Notes: generated from the sequence alone by a model not told the origin. A stretch of DNA of 64,000 nucleotides from Gemmatimonadales bacterium (GCA_037189525.1 JBBCJC010000005.1:1-64000); one strand, 5' to 3'. Counted from the first letter of the stretch, positions 21,265 to 31,257 are shown. Made by a program: numbers and translations.

Positions 21265-22707
21265 ATGCCCCGCAGACTCGCGTCGATCGGTTCGGTGTTC
21301 CTATCGCTGCTCGCCTCCTGTTCCGGCGCGGCGCCGGCCCCGCCGGCTCCCTACGCGGCTGCGCTCGACCAGGCCATCGGTGATGCGCTTGCCCGGCGCG
21401 AGCTTCCCGGGGCGGCGGTCGTCGTCATCGAGGGCAACCGGATCACCTACAGCCGCGGGCACGGTAAGGCCGACCTGGCAAGCGGCCGCCCGATGACCGA
21501 CTCCACCCCGATCGTGATCGGGTCGACCTCCAAGCCAATTACCGCGCTCGCGGTGCTCCGGCTGGTGCAGCAGAACGCGGTGGCGCTCGATACCCCGATC
21601 GTGCGGTACATCCCGGAGATTCCGTTTGCCGATGCGCGCGCGGCGACCATGACGCTCCGCCATCTGCTGACCAACCGGTCGGGTCTTCCGATCGGCTTCT
21701 CGGGACCGGCGTACCAGCGCCCCTCGGTTGTCGACGACGACGCGCTGGAACGGTTGGTGCGCACCATGGCGGCGGAGCCGTTGCTGTTTGCCCCGGGCGA
21801 AGGCTATGCCTATTCGAACCGCGGTTGGGCTCTGGCAGGCTATGTGGTGCAACGGGTCAGTGGGGTTTCGATCGAAGCGTTCCTTAGTCGCGAAGTATTC
21901 GCGCCGCTCGGCATGAGCAACACGACGCTCGAGTTCTGGAAGGTTCCCGACCTGGCGACCGGCTATCGCGAGGGTTACCAAACCCGTAACCACCCTGGCC
22001 TGCCCTCGGTGGCGCGCGACTACGGCGCGTCCGGGATGGTCGTTTCGACCGCGCAGGACATGGCCCGCCTGCTGGTGGCCATGCTCAACGACGGCCGCAC
22101 CGTGAGTGGCAGCCAGTTTCTCACGCCGGAACTGATCCGCGAGGCCATCCGGCCCCAGTTCCCCGCCCAGAGCGAACTTGGCGGCCCGACCCATTACGGG
22201 CTGGGCTGGGAAGTGGATTCCACCTTCGGCGCGCTCACGGTCAAGAAGGCGGGCTCGGTGAGCACGATGGTGACGCTCTGGGTCCTGCTGCCGGAACGCA
22301 AGACGGCCGTCGGGTTCGCATTCAACCGGGAAGACTATGGCGTGATTCCCTTGGTCGGCAGCGTTCTCTCGATCGTTGCGGGTGGCGAAGCAGCTCCGGT
22401 CGCTCTCTGGTCCGGTACGCCGCCCGTGATTCCATCGCCCACTCGGGTCGCCACACCGGCACTCGACCGTTGGGCAGGTCGTTATGACACCCGCTACGGC
22501 TACGCGAGCTTCACCCGCCAGGGCGATTCGCTGGTGACCAACTACGAAGGGGTGGATTCGCGACTGGTTGCCACCAGCGAGTCGACCTTCGTCATCGACT
22601 CGGACATCGTCAAGCACGCCGGACGGATCTTCACCTTCCGGCGCCGCGGCGCTGCGACCATTCTCTCGATCGACGGAGACTCACTGGGTATCCGAATGGC
22701 GCCCTGA
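21265..22707 (+). CDS. Serine hydrolase, beta-lactamase/AmpC-like family; probable lipoprotein
   Basis: SxxK (STSK), YxN (YSN), LRHLLTNRSGL, YGLGW and KAG; lipobox LASC; RBS GAGGA. Confidence 0.92.
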   Translation: MPRRLASIGSVFLSLLASCSGAAPAPPAPYAAALDQAIGDALARRELPGAAVVVIEGNRITYSRGHGKADLASGRPMTDSTPIVIGSTSKPITALAVLRLVQQNAVALDTPIVRYIPEIPFADARAATMTLRHLLTNRSGLPIGFSGPAYQRPSVVDDDALERLVRTMAAEPLLFAPGEGYAYSNRGWALAGYVVQRVSGVSIEAFLSREVFAPLGMSNTTLEFWKVPDLATGYREGYQTRNHPGLPSVARDYGASGMVVSTAQDMARLLVAMLNDGRTVSGSQFLTPELIREAIRPQFPAQSELGGPTHYGLGWEVDSTFGALTVKKAGSVSTMVTLWVLLPERKTAVGFAFNREDYGVIPLVGSVLSIVAGGEAAPVALWSGTPPVIPSPTRVATPALDRWAGRYDTRYGYASFTRQGDSLVTNYEGVDSRLVATSESTFVIDSDIVKHAGRIFTFRRRGAATILSIDGDSLGIRMAP

Positions 22708-22801
22708 GCTCGCGGTTCGTTCGGCTTCGCTCAATGCAGCTCTCGGTCCGCCCATTGAGCCCGAGTTGCCGGCTGCTCATTGCCAGACCGATATTGTGAG
22801 T

Positions 22802-23824
22802 ATGAAAAAGATCGGCTTCCTGTCATTCGGCCATTGGTCGTCCACGCCCCATTCAGAGACCCGGACCGCGTCCGACGCGCTGCTCCAATCCATCGATCTG
22901 GCCGTCGCGGCCGAGGAACTGGGCGCGGATGGAGCCTACTTCCGGGTGCACCACTTCGCCCGCCAACTGGGCTCGCCGTTTCCCCTGCTCTCGGCCATCG
23001 GCGCCAAGACCCGCCGGATCGAGATCGGTACGGCGGTGATCGACATGCGCTACGAGAACCCGATGTACATGGTCGAGGACGCGGGCGCCGCCGATCTGAT
23101 TGCCGGAGGCCGGCTCCAGCTGGGCATCAGCCGGGGATCGCCGGAGCAAGTGATCGACGGCTGGCGCTATTTCGGCTATGAGCCCGCCGAGGGCGAGACG
23201 GAGGCCGAGATGGCGCGGCGGCGCGCGGAGGAACTGCTCGACCTGCTGCGCGGCGAGGGGTTTGCCCGTCCCAACCCGCGCCCGATGTTCCCGAACCCGC
23301 CTGGGTTGCTGCGCATCGAGCCCCATTCGGAGGGGCTGCGCGACCGGATCTGGTGGGGCGCCTCCTCGAACGCCACGGCCGTCTGGGCCGCGACCCTCGG
23401 CATGAATTTGCAGAGTTCCACGCTCAAGAACGACGAAGACGGGCAGCCGTTCCACGTCCAGCAAGCGAATCAGATCCGCGCCTTCCGCGAGGCGTGGCAA
23501 GCGGCCGGCCACGCGCGAACGCCGCGGGTGTCGGTGAGCCGCAGCATCTTTGCGCTCGTGGACGACCGCGATCGCGCCTTTTTCGGCACCGGAAATCAGA
23601 AGGAAGATCAGATCGGCTTCATCGACGCGAGCACGCGCGCGATCTTCGGGCGGCAGTATGCGGGAGCGCCCGACGTGCTGATCGAGCAACTGGCTAAGGA
23701 CGAAGCCATCGCCGAGGCCGACACGCTGTTGCTGACCGTGCCGAACCAGTTGGGCGTCGACTACAACGTCCATTTCATCGAGTCGATCCTGACGCAGGTC
23801 GCGCCGGCGCTCGGCTGGCGCTGA
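22802..23824 (+). CDS. LLM class flavin-dependent oxidoreductase
   Basis: MKKIGFLSFGHW, YFRVHHFA, EIGTAVIDMRYENP and RLQLGISRGS. Confidence 0.95.
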   Translation: MKKIGFLSFGHWSSTPHSETRTASDALLQSIDLAVAAEELGADGAYFRVHHFARQLGSPFPLLSAIGAKTRRIEIGTAVIDMRYENPMYMVEDAGAADLIAGGRLQLGISRGSPEQVIDGWRYFGYEPAEGETEAEMARRRAEELLDLLRGEGFARPNPRPMFPNPPGLLRIEPHSEGLRDRIWWGASSNATAVWAATLGMNLQSSTLKNDEDGQPFHVQQANQIRAFREAWQAAGHARTPRVSVSRSIFALVDDRDRAFFGTGNQKEDQIGFIDASTRAIFGRQYAGAPDVLIEQLAKDEAIAEADTLLLTVPNQLGVDYNVHFIESILTQVAPALGWR

Positions 23825-23851
23825 GGACCGTCCGCGATACCTGGAGCCTCC

Positions 23852-26290
23852 ATGATCCGCTGGCGCCTGGCTGGACTCGATTTTCGCGGTGCCGCTCGCA
23901 CCCTCCGGCGTTCTCCCGGATTCTTTCTCGCCGGTGTGCTGACACTCGCGCTTGCCGCGGGCGCGTTGAACGCGATCCTCGCGGTCGTGTCCAAAGTTCT
24001 CCTCGAACCGTTACCGGTCCGTGATCAGCACGAGATCGTCGTCGCGTGGAAGCGCGATGCCGCCTCGGGCTTTGCACATTGGCCTTTCACCTATCCGGCC
24101 ATCCGCGCGATCGAGAGTCAGCTCACCACTGTCGCCGGCACGGCCACGGTCGACTACAACGGCGCCTATTCCCTGTCCATCGTCGAGGGTGACCAGGGCA
24201 TCGTCCTGACCACCGGCATCATCTCGGGTTCCCTGATGCCGCTGCTTGGCGTCGAGCCCATCCTCGGCCGTACCATTCATCCCGACGACGACGTAGTGGG
24301 TGCGCCGCGCGTGGCCGTCATCAGCGAGACCTTCTGGAAAACTCGCTACGGCGGCGACCCCGGGGTGCTCGGGAAGCGCTTCGGGCTCTACGGTGAGCGC
24401 TATGAGATCGTCGGCGTGGTTCGCGGCGGCTTCGGGCTCCCGGCAGGCACGGTCATGTGGATTGCCCAGAAGCCGTTCCAGCCGTTCGTCATCGACTCCG
24501 AGCAGTATCCCCTGGCCGACCTCGTGGTGCGCCTCAAACCCGGCGTGGCGATCGAACAGTTCCGGGCTGAGTTGGAATCGGTGCGTACCCGAACGACGAG
24601 CGAAACCGTCGATGCGTACCGGCGCCATGCGGTCGTGGTCACTCCGCTTCACGACCTGGTGGTCGGCGAAGCGAGGCCGACGCTGTTGCTGCTCACGGCC
24701 GGCGCGGCGCTGCTCGTGATCGTGGCCGCCGTCAACCTAGGCGGACTCTTCCTGGTACGCTCCGGCAGGTTTCTCCACGAAATCGCGATTCGCTCCGCCA
24801 TCGGCGGCGGCGCACTCCGCTCGGTCGGTACACTAATTGCCGAGTTTGCCGTCATCGTGATCGTAGGCATTGGACTCGGTGTGCCTGTCGGGTGGGCATT
24901 GCTCCAGCTGCTCGCTCCCATGCTTCCACCCGAGCTTCCCATCGAAGGCAGGGTCTCGCTCGGGCCAATGCCGGTCCTGCTTGCCACGGCTGCATGCATC
25001 CTGGCCGGTCTGCTTGCGAGCGCCGCGCCGGCAATCGCATTGGCCCGGGCCGATCTGCTCGGACCGTTGCGCGCGGGGAGCCGCGCCGCCACCGGCTGGG
25101 CCATGCACCCGATGCGCCGGGTGATGGTCGCTGCGCAGCTCGCCGTGGCCGTGGCGATCATGGCTGCAGCCGGCCTCCTGCTCCGCACGCTCGAACGTAT
25201 GCACAGTATCGACGCCGGTTTTCGCTCGGAGGGGGTGCTCTTCGTCGACCTGGCCGATTCTCGGCAATACGATTCTACGGTGGCTCGCCGGCGGGACGAG
25301 GTCGATCGGATCACCACCGCGCTTGGTGCGGTTCCCGGCGTTCTCGCGGTGTCCGCCGTGCTTTCCCCGCCGTTCGTGGGCAACGGCGGCTTTTATACGA
25401 AGCTGGTGCCGGATGGCATGGATGCCGCCGACGCAGCGAAGCTTCCGTACGCAAACACCGAAGTCGTCGTCCCCACATTGGCCACTACGCTGGGGCTTCG
25501 GCTGATCCGCGGGCGATTCCTCGAAGCCGCCGATCGCGAAGGCGCGCCCATTGCGGTCGTCATCAACGAGACGCTCGCCCGCACGCTCTGGCCCGGTGAG
25601 GATCCGCTCGGCAAAGTCGTCCGTCCCCCGACGCCGGACGCCACGGAGCGCGCCACTGTCGTCGGCGTGGTGCGCGACACCCGGTACAACGAGCTGCTCC
25701 ACCCCGCGCCGATGGCATACTTTGCGTACCGGCAACTCGATTGGATTCCGGCGAACTACCTGATCCAGACCGGGAGCGATCGTGAAGCGGTCGCTCTGGT
25801 ATCTCAGCTTCGGACTGCCGTGCAACAGGCCATGCCGGCCATGGCCGTGCGCCGCGCCATGCCGCTGTCGCAGCTGCTCGGCCAACCGTTGGCGCGCCCG
25901 CGGCTCGCGGCGGTACTGGTCACCGGTTTTGCATTGGTCGTGCTGGCACTGTCGGCCATCGGAGTCTACAGCGTAATGGCGGCGTTCGTGGTGCAGCGGA
26001 CTCGCGAGATCGGCGTCCGGATGGCGCTTGGCGCCACCGATCGGCGGGTTCGGCGCCTGGTCTTCCAGCAGGGTATGACGCTCGCGGTTGCCGGCCTCGT
26101 GGTCGGTCTGCTCATCGCAGCACTCGCAGGACGCTTGCTCCGCGGCCTGCTCTATGAGGTGACACCCGCGGATACCCTTACCTATGCCGCGGCGACGGTG
26201 CTGGTGCTCGGGGTGGCCAGTCTTGCCATCATTGTCCCCGCCGTGCGCGCCTCACGTCTGGATCCGGTAACGGCGCTCAAATCCGACTGA
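23852..26290 (+). CDS. ABC transporter permease with duplicated MacB/FtsX modules (ADOP-like orphan permease)
   Basis: LRRSPGF, EIAIRSAIG, QRTREIGVRMALGA and RASRLDPVTALK; no ATPase gene adjacent. Confidence 0.92.
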   Translation: MIRWRLAGLDFRGAARTLRRSPGFFLAGVLTLALAAGALNAILAVVSKVLLEPLPVRDQHEIVVAWKRDAASGFAHWPFTYPAIRAIESQLTTVAGTATVDYNGAYSLSIVEGDQGIVLTTGIISGSLMPLLGVEPILGRTIHPDDDVVGAPRVAVISETFWKTRYGGDPGVLGKRFGLYGERYEIVGVVRGGFGLPAGTVMWIAQKPFQPFVIDSEQYPLADLVVRLKPGVAIEQFRAELESVRTRTTSETVDAYRRHAVVVTPLHDLVVGEARPTLLLLTAGAALLVIVAAVNLGGLFLVRSGRFLHEIAIRSAIGGGALRSVGTLIAEFAVIVIVGIGLGVPVGWALLQLLAPMLPPELPIEGRVSLGPMPVLLATAACILAGLLASAAPAIALARADLLGPLRAGSRAATGWAMHPMRRVMVAAQLAVAVAIMAAAGLLLRTLERMHSIDAGFRSEGVLFVDLADSRQYDSTVARRRDEVDRITTALGAVPGVLAVSAVLSPPFVGNGGFYTKLVPDGMDAADAAKLPYANTEVVVPTLATTLGLRLIRGRFLEAADREGAPIAVVINETLARTLWPGEDPLGKVVRPPTPDATERATVVGVVRDTRYNELLHPAPMAYFAYRQLDWIPANYLIQTGSDREAVALVSQLRTAVQQAMPAMAVRRAMPLSQLLGQPLARPRLAAVLVTGFALVVLALSAIGVYSVMAAFVVQRTREIGVRMALGATDRRVRRLVFQQGMTLAVAGLVVGLLIAALAGRLLRGLLYEVTPADTLTYAAATVLVLGVASLAIIVPAVRASRLDPVTALKSD

Positions 26291-26485
26291 TGCTCGATCG
26301 AGGATGATGGAGTTCCATCCGAAAGCTCCACCAGCGGTGCTGTACTCGGTGGTCGAATCCCTCTTCGCCTGCAGATAGGTACGAAATGCGGTAATTCGGT
26401 TATTCGGTCGAAATAGAGTTGCTGCAGCTTGGCACGTCATGAAGCCGAGTTGCCGATCTCCCATCGCCGAGCCGATATTATGGGC

Positions 26486-27034
26486 ATGCCTGTGGCAAAC
26501 GACTACACCGTCGCCGACCTGTCCGATATGCCTGAGGACGGCAAGCGATACGAACTCATCCGCGGCGAACTGGTCGTGAGCCCGGTGCCGTCTGTCCGTC
26601 ATTGGCTCGTGGTCCGAGGTTTGGATCTGGCACTGACACCGTATCTCGATTCGCTCGGTCTTGCGAACACTCTGGTGACGGTCGCGGCGGATATCTCGTG
26701 GGATGACCGGAGTCTGGTCCAGCCGGACCTCCTGGTCGTCCGACCGGAAGAGATCTCGGTGTCATGGACGACGATTCGCCGGCTCCGGCTGGCCGTCGAA
26801 GTGATATCTCCTTCGAGCAGACGCCGGGACCGGCACGACAAGCGCACGCTCTATCAGGAAAACCGGGTCGAGACCTACTGGGTGGTCGACCCGGATGCGG
26901 AGACCGTCGAGTGCTGGCACCCCGAGGACGAGGCGCCGGACGTGGTTCGCGAATACCTGCGCTGGCGGGTGTATCCTGGCGCGCCCGAGGTCGTGATCGA
27001 TCTGGCCCGGATCTTTACCGGCCTGCCGCGATAG
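26486..27034 (+). CDS. Uma2 family (PD-(D/E)XK) endonuclease-like protein
   Basis: RYELIRGELVVSP, QPDLLV, LAVEVISPS and YWVVDP. Start ATG 26486 (leaderless geometry) or 26480. Confidence 0.93.
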   Translation: MPVANDYTVADLSDMPEDGKRYELIRGELVVSPVPSVRHWLVVRGLDLALTPYLDSLGLANTLVTVAADISWDDRSLVQPDLLVVRPEEISVSWTTIRRLRLAVEVISPSSRRRDRHDKRTLYQENRVETYWVVDPDAETVECWHPEDEAPDVVREYLRWRVYPGAPEVVIDLARIFTGLPR

Positions 27035-27090
27035 GCAGCGTTCTCACCAAGCGCAACCGAGCAAGCCAATCCTGACCCGCCGGCGTCAGA

Positions 27091-27873
27091 TCATGCGGGG
27101 CCCCGCACGGTATCGGCGGCGGCTTTGCCCGCGGCCTGCAGGAATCCCATTTCAGTGGAGATGCTCACCAGGCGCATCCCGCGGCGAGCCCACTCGGCGC
27201 TGAGCGCCACGTCGTTGGTGTGGATCGCAGGCAGTACGTCGTGCACGCGGCATGCTTCAATGGTGCGCTCGATCGCCTGCTCGAGGACGGGATCGCGCAT
27301 CCGTCCCGGTACACCGAGTGAGATGGCCAGGTCGTTCGGCCCGATCAGGGCGGCGTCGACACCGGGCACGCTCAGGATCTCATCCAGCCCTTCCACCGCT
27401 TCGCGCGTCTCGATCTGCACGATCACGAAGGTCTCGCGGTTGGCCGCAGCCATCGTCTCCACCACGTCGGCGGCGCGGAAGTTGGTGTGCGCGCGGCCCA
27501 TGGCACTGCCACGCCGGCCCTCCGGCGGATACTTGGCCATCGCAACCGCCGACCGGACTTCCTCGGCCGAGGTAATGCGCGGCAGCATGAGGCCCTGGGC
27601 GCCGGCGTCGAGCGTCTGCGCAATCTGCTCGTAAGTGAGCACGGGCACCCGAACGATGGGCGTCACCTCCAGCAGCCGCGCAATGCGGGAGAGCTCGGCG
27701 ACCGACTCGGGGGTAAAGGTCCCGTGCTCGTTATCGATGAGGACCCAGTCGAAACCCGCATTGGCCAGCGCCTGCATCACGGACGGCTGGCGGATCTCGG
27801 CGAGCATGGTGCCGACGGCGACGGGCGCGGCGGCAAGCCGCTGGCGGAGACGATTCGGAGGAATGATGGACAC
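27091..27873 (-). CDS. HpcH/HpaI aldolase family protein
   Basis: GFDWVLIDNEHG, LDAGAQG, KYPPEGRRG, QIETREAV and IGPNDL. Confidence 0.93.
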   Translation of the reverse strand: MSIIPPNRLRQRLAAAPVAVGTMLAEIRQPSVMQALANAGFDWVLIDNEHGTFTPESVAELSRIARLLEVTPIVRVPVLTYEQIAQTLDAGAQGLMLPRITSAEEVRSAVAMAKYPPEGRRGSAMGRAHTNFRAADVVETMAAANRETFVIVQIETREAVEGLDEILSVPGVDAALIGPNDLAISLGVPGRMRDPVLEQAIERTIEACRVHDVLPAIHTNDVALSAEWARRGMRLVSISTEMGFLQAAGKAAADTVRGPA

Positions 27874-27887
27874 GGATGACCGGCGCG

Positions 27888-28511
27888 TTAGAGTGGATGC
27901 ACGGTAAGCGACCGCAGCAGTGATCGAAAGGCGTTACCGCGATGACTGACGCGGTCCTTCTCCTCGTCGGTCGCTTCACCGAAGGTGATCCCGAGCTCGT
28001 CGCTCAGGAAGTACGGGTCGTAACCAAACCCGTGGGTGCCACGCGGCTCTTCGGTAATCGACCCGTTGCAGCTTCCGTCGAACACGTCCGGAATTGCCGA
28101 CGGGGTGCGATAGAAGACGAGGACACAGCGATAGCGGGCTCGCCGCCGAGCCTCCGACGCGCCCGCGAGCCTGCGCAGCAGCATCGCGTTGTTGGCGGCA
28201 TCGATTTCGGCGGGTGTGCCGGTGGCCTGAGCCCAGCGTCGGGAACGAACGCCGGGTTCACCGCCCAGGCTCAGCACTTCGAGGCCGCTGTCGTCGGCCA
28301 CCGTCGGCAGCCGGGTTTTCTTGGCAAAGAACTCAGCTTTGGCGCGCGCGTTGCCCTGAAAGGAATCGTGCAGCTCGAGCAGATCTTCGGCTTCGGTTTC
28401 CCAGACGTTGACCTGATCGGGAAAGACCACCTCGAACGGTGCATCGGCCAGCAGTCGCCGGATTTCGCGCTGCTTTCCGGCGCTCCGAGTGGCCACCAGC
28501 AGCTTTACCAT
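27888..28511 (-). CDS. rdgB: Non-canonical purine NTP pyrophosphatase (RdgB/HAM1)
   Basis: ATRSAGK, ADDSGL, PGVRS, GFGYDPYF and SHRG; overlaps the rph stop. Confidence 0.95.
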   Translation of the reverse strand: MVKLLVATRSAGKQREIRRLLADAPFEVVFPDQVNVWETEAEDLLELHDSFQGNARAKAEFFAKKTRLPTVADDSGLEVLSLGGEPGVRSRRWAQATGTPAEIDAANNAMLLRRLAGASEARRRARYRCVLVFYRTPSAIPDVFDGSCNGSITEEPRGTHGFGYDPYFLSDELGITFGEATDEEKDRVSHRGNAFRSLLRSLTVHPL

Positions 28512-29212
28512 CCCAGCGCTTTCCGTTGCGCCACGAAGAGTTCCGCGAGGCCCGCTTCGGCCAGGTCGAGCATCCGATCGAGCTGAGCCCGCGAAAAGAC
28601 CCCCTGCTCTCCGGTACCCTGCACTTCGACCAGGTCGTTTGGTGCGCGCATCACGATATTGGCATCGACATCGGCGTCCTTGTCCTCGGCATAGGCCAGG
28701 TCGAGGCACACTTCGCCGCCGACCACGCCCACCGAGACCGCCGCCACCAGCTGTCCGAACGGCGAGGGCTTTCCGGTGCGTTCCGCCAACCAGCTGCACG
28801 CATCGGCCAGCGCGACCGAAGCGCCGGTAATGCTTGCAGTGCGGGTGCCACCGTCGGCCTGCAACACATCACAGTCGATCTTGATGGTGTACTCGCCGAA
28901 ATCCCAGCGCCCCATCCCGGCGCGGAGCGAGCGCCCGATCAGCCGCTGGATCTCCTGGCTCCGCCCGCCGGGGCCGTTCCGTTCGCGGTTGGTGCGCTCA
29001 CTCGTGGCGCGCGGTAACATGGCATACTCGGCCGTCACCCACCCCTGGCCCGAGCCTTTCTTGAAGGGAGGCACTCCGGTTTCGACCGACGCGGTACAGT
29101 GAATCAAGGTGCCACCGAAGCGGACCAGGCAGGATCCTTCGGCATACGGATTGGCACCCCGCTCCAGCACCACAGGCCGAAGCTGGCTTACGGATCGGCC
29201 GTCAGGACGCAT
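28505..29212 (-). CDS. rph: Ribonuclease PH
   Basis: [28 protein letters not shown] and [18 protein letters not shown]. Confidence 0.97.
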   Translation of the reverse strand: MRPDGRSVSQLRPVVLERGANPYAEGSCLVRFGGTLIHCTASVETGVPPFKKGSGQGWVTAEYAMLPRATSERTNRERNGPGGRSQEIQRLIGRSLRAGMGRWDFGEYTIKIDCDVLQADGGTRTASITGASVALADACSWLAERTGKPSPFGQLVAAVSVGVVGGEVCLDLAYAEDKDADVDANIVMRAPNDLVEVQGTGEQGVFSRAQLDRMLDLAEAGLAELFVAQRKALGW

Positions 29213-29690
29213 GACGTATTCGCTCCACCAGAGAAGTGGTTGATCGGTCGGGGGTCAGCGGGATCAACTCGACGCGTCCTCCACGAGACTCGACGGTGTC
29301 CGCACCGACGACGTTGTCGCGAGAATAGTCGCCGCCCTTGACCAGGATATCGGGCGCGAGCGCTTCGATCAGCGCAGCCGGCGTCGATTCGCCGAAGATG
29401 ACGACCCGGTCGACGGAGGCCAGCGCCGCCAGGAGGCGAGCTCGATCGGCCGCGCCGACGAACGGGCGACCGGGGCCTTTGCGCAGCGTCTGAACCGAGG
29501 CATCGCTGTTGACACCGACGATGAGCGCCGCACCAAGCGCGCGGGCTGCTTCGAGATAGTCGACATGCCCCGCGTGCAGCAGATCGAAGACACCGTTGGT
29601 GAAGACGATCGGCCCCGGCGTCTCGCGCCGCCAGCGGATCGCTTCGTCGCGGGATACGACCTTGTCCGCCGTGGTGCGTGGCGTGGTCAC
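29202..29690 (-). CDS. rfaE2: D-glycero-beta-D-manno-heptose 1-phosphate adenylyltransferase
   Basis: [36 protein letters not shown] and STT; GTG start overlaps the upstream stop. Confidence 0.93.
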   Translation of the reverse strand: MTTPRTTADKVVSRDEAIRWRRETPGPIVFTNGVFDLLHAGHVDYLEAARALGAALIVGVNSDASVQTLRKGPGRPFVGAADRARLLAALASVDRVVIFGESTPAALIEALAPDILVKGGDYSRDNVVGADTVESRGGRVELIPLTPDRSTTSLVERIRHAS

Positions 29691-30049
29691 AGCCGCTGGT
29701 CGACCGACGGTTTGAACGAGAAGGTGCGGTGCACGAAGGGCAGCTCGACCTTTTCCTGATAGCTGGTCGAGATCGAGATGGCATTTGGGCTCTCGGTCCG
29801 TACTACTCGGAACCGAAGCGGTGTTCCGGGAATGGACAGTTCCTGAGCATCGCCCTGCAGCTGCGAAACGATCTGCGCGTCGGTGTTGACGTTGGCGTAC
29901 CGCGCCGCGGTCTTCATCCGGTCGAGCAGTTCGTAGTAACGCCACCAGACCTGCCCCAGGTTGAGGCCATAGTACGCCAACACCGCGGTGATGAGCAGCG
30001 AGAACAGACAACCCGTCGTGCTGGCACCGCGGCGGTTGGTCGCTACCAT
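29687..30049 (-). CDS. Hypothetical membrane-anchored protein (DUF4845-like, prepilin-like N-terminus)
   Basis: MVATNRRG followed by a hydrophobic helix; C-terminal YQEKVELPF...FSF; overlaps both neighbours. Confidence 0.7.
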   Translation of the reverse strand: MVATNRRGASTTGCLFSLLITAVLAYYGLNLGQVWWRYYELLDRMKTAARYANVNTDAQIVSQLQGDAQELSIPGTPLRFRVVRTESPNAISISTSYQEKVELPFVHRTFSFKPSVDQRL

Positions 30050-30546
30050 TGCGATTGCGCCCCGTCGACGATGTCGGTGATGAGCCGCTCGATGGCGCGG
30101 CGCCGGCCGTCGCTCTCGTTGTTGGTGTAGTCGCCTTCGACGGAAAGGCCGCTCCGTTCCCAAAGCACTTTGTTGTTCTGCTGATCGAGGATCTGAACGT
30201 TGATCACGATCTGCACTTTGCGGCGGCTGACTTCGACGCGCTGATTTTCGTCGCCCGAGAAGGCAATCGGAATGTCCGGGTCGTACCGCTGAATCGTTCC
30301 GCGCACGATGGCATCGGCTTGCGCTTCGCCGGCGGGACGCAGACCGAGCCGGCCCTGCACCGCTTCGCGCACGGCACGATTGATCTCGTTGGTGAGCGTC
30401 GGCTCCGGCGTCAGGTTATCGAACGGCAGGACGGCGACCGTCTTGATACCGGGCGGAAAACCACTGCCCCCACCGAAACCGTAGAGGCATCCGCCCAGGC
30501 CAAGAGCCAGGCTAAGGCTGAGGAGGAGTCCAGGTATCCGGCTCAA
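30043..30546 (-). CDS. lptE: LPS assembly lipoprotein LptE
   Basis: Lipobox [30 protein letters not shown] and KVLWE. TTG start at 30546 is inferred. Confidence 0.82.
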   Translation of the reverse strand: MSRIPGLLLSLSLALGLGGCLYGFGGGSGFPPGIKTVAVLPFDNLTPEPTLTNEINRAVREAVQGRLGLRPAGEAQADAIVRGTIQRYDPDIPIAFSGDENQRVEVSRRKVQIVINVQILDQQNNKVLWERSGLSVEGDYTNNESDGRRRAIERLITDIVDGAQSQW

Positions 30547-31204
30547 AGGACGTCGCCTTCTGAATCGACGAGAACGTGATATCCAATCGCGCCGGCGCAC
30601 TCGGCACGATCAGGCGGGCGGAAACCGGCTGCCCGTCCGGACCGAAGGTGGTCTCAACGGTACCCACCTGCCGGCCGCCTTCCCGCACCTGGGCGATCAG
30701 CTTGCCCGGGTTCCCTCCGGTCCAAACATAGTCGAGGGTATCGGCCCCTCGATGGTACCGCCAAGCGGTCATTTCCGGGTCGGACGACCGCTGCACGGTA
30801 GCACCGTTGGACGGCGCCCGGGCGACCCCAAGCAGCGCCCAGAAGAGCGGATAGTTGGGGACCAGGCGCTTGACGTCGTCAGCCGGCTGCGCCCAGAGGG
30901 CGGTATCGCCGGCCACCAGCGCGGCGGCCCGTCCGGAGCCCAATGGCCCCTGGACATCGAGCCGCGCCGAGTCCGGCACGGCCAGGCGAACCCGGCCTCG
31001 CCCGCCTGCGGCGCCCTTGTCGTCCCGGAACTGCCAGCGGAACCGGATTTCCCGAGCACCGTCCGGCAAGGTAGAACGGGCCCATGCGGTCGCGGCCTGG
31101 GTTTCGCCAGGTACGAAACCGCTGGGTTTCGGAAGACGGATCTGCCCCGAACCGCCGCATCCCGCAGCAAGCCCGAGCAGGCCAAGGATGAGGACCGGCC
31201 GCAT
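30512..31204 (-). CDS. Hypothetical lipoprotein, possibly LolB-like
   Basis: Lipobox LAAGC; beta-rich; DSARLDVQGPLGS motif; leaderless promoter upstream of ATG 31204. Confidence 0.7.
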   Translation of the reverse strand: MRPVLILGLLGLAAGCGGSGQIRLPKPSGFVPGETQAATAWARSTLPDGAREIRFRWQFRDDKGAAGGRGRVRLAVPDSARLDVQGPLGSGRAAALVAGDTALWAQPADDVKRLVPNYPLFWALLGVARAPSNGATVQRSSDPEMTAWRYHRGADTLDYVWTGGNPGKLIAQVREGGRQVGTVETTFGPDGQPVSARLIVPSAPARLDITFSSIQKATSFEPDTWTPPQP

Positions 31205-31257
31205 GGCCATCATGATAGCGGAACGCCCTGGGTTTGTCATTGCGGGAAACGCGCCGG

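Noticed and set aside
26291..26444. Slightly AT-rich intergenic stretch as a gene remnant (minus ORF 26252-26602)
   Set aside because: Overlaps two real genes and shows no recognisable motif.
26486..27034. Uma2 nuclease as a defence system
   Set aside because: Solitary, with no methylase or other defence partner; solo Uma2 genes are common.
15292..27873. Genomic island at tRNA-Arg or tRNA-Pro
   Set aside because: No integrase or transposase, no exact direct repeat of either tRNA 3' end found, and composition looks like the host.
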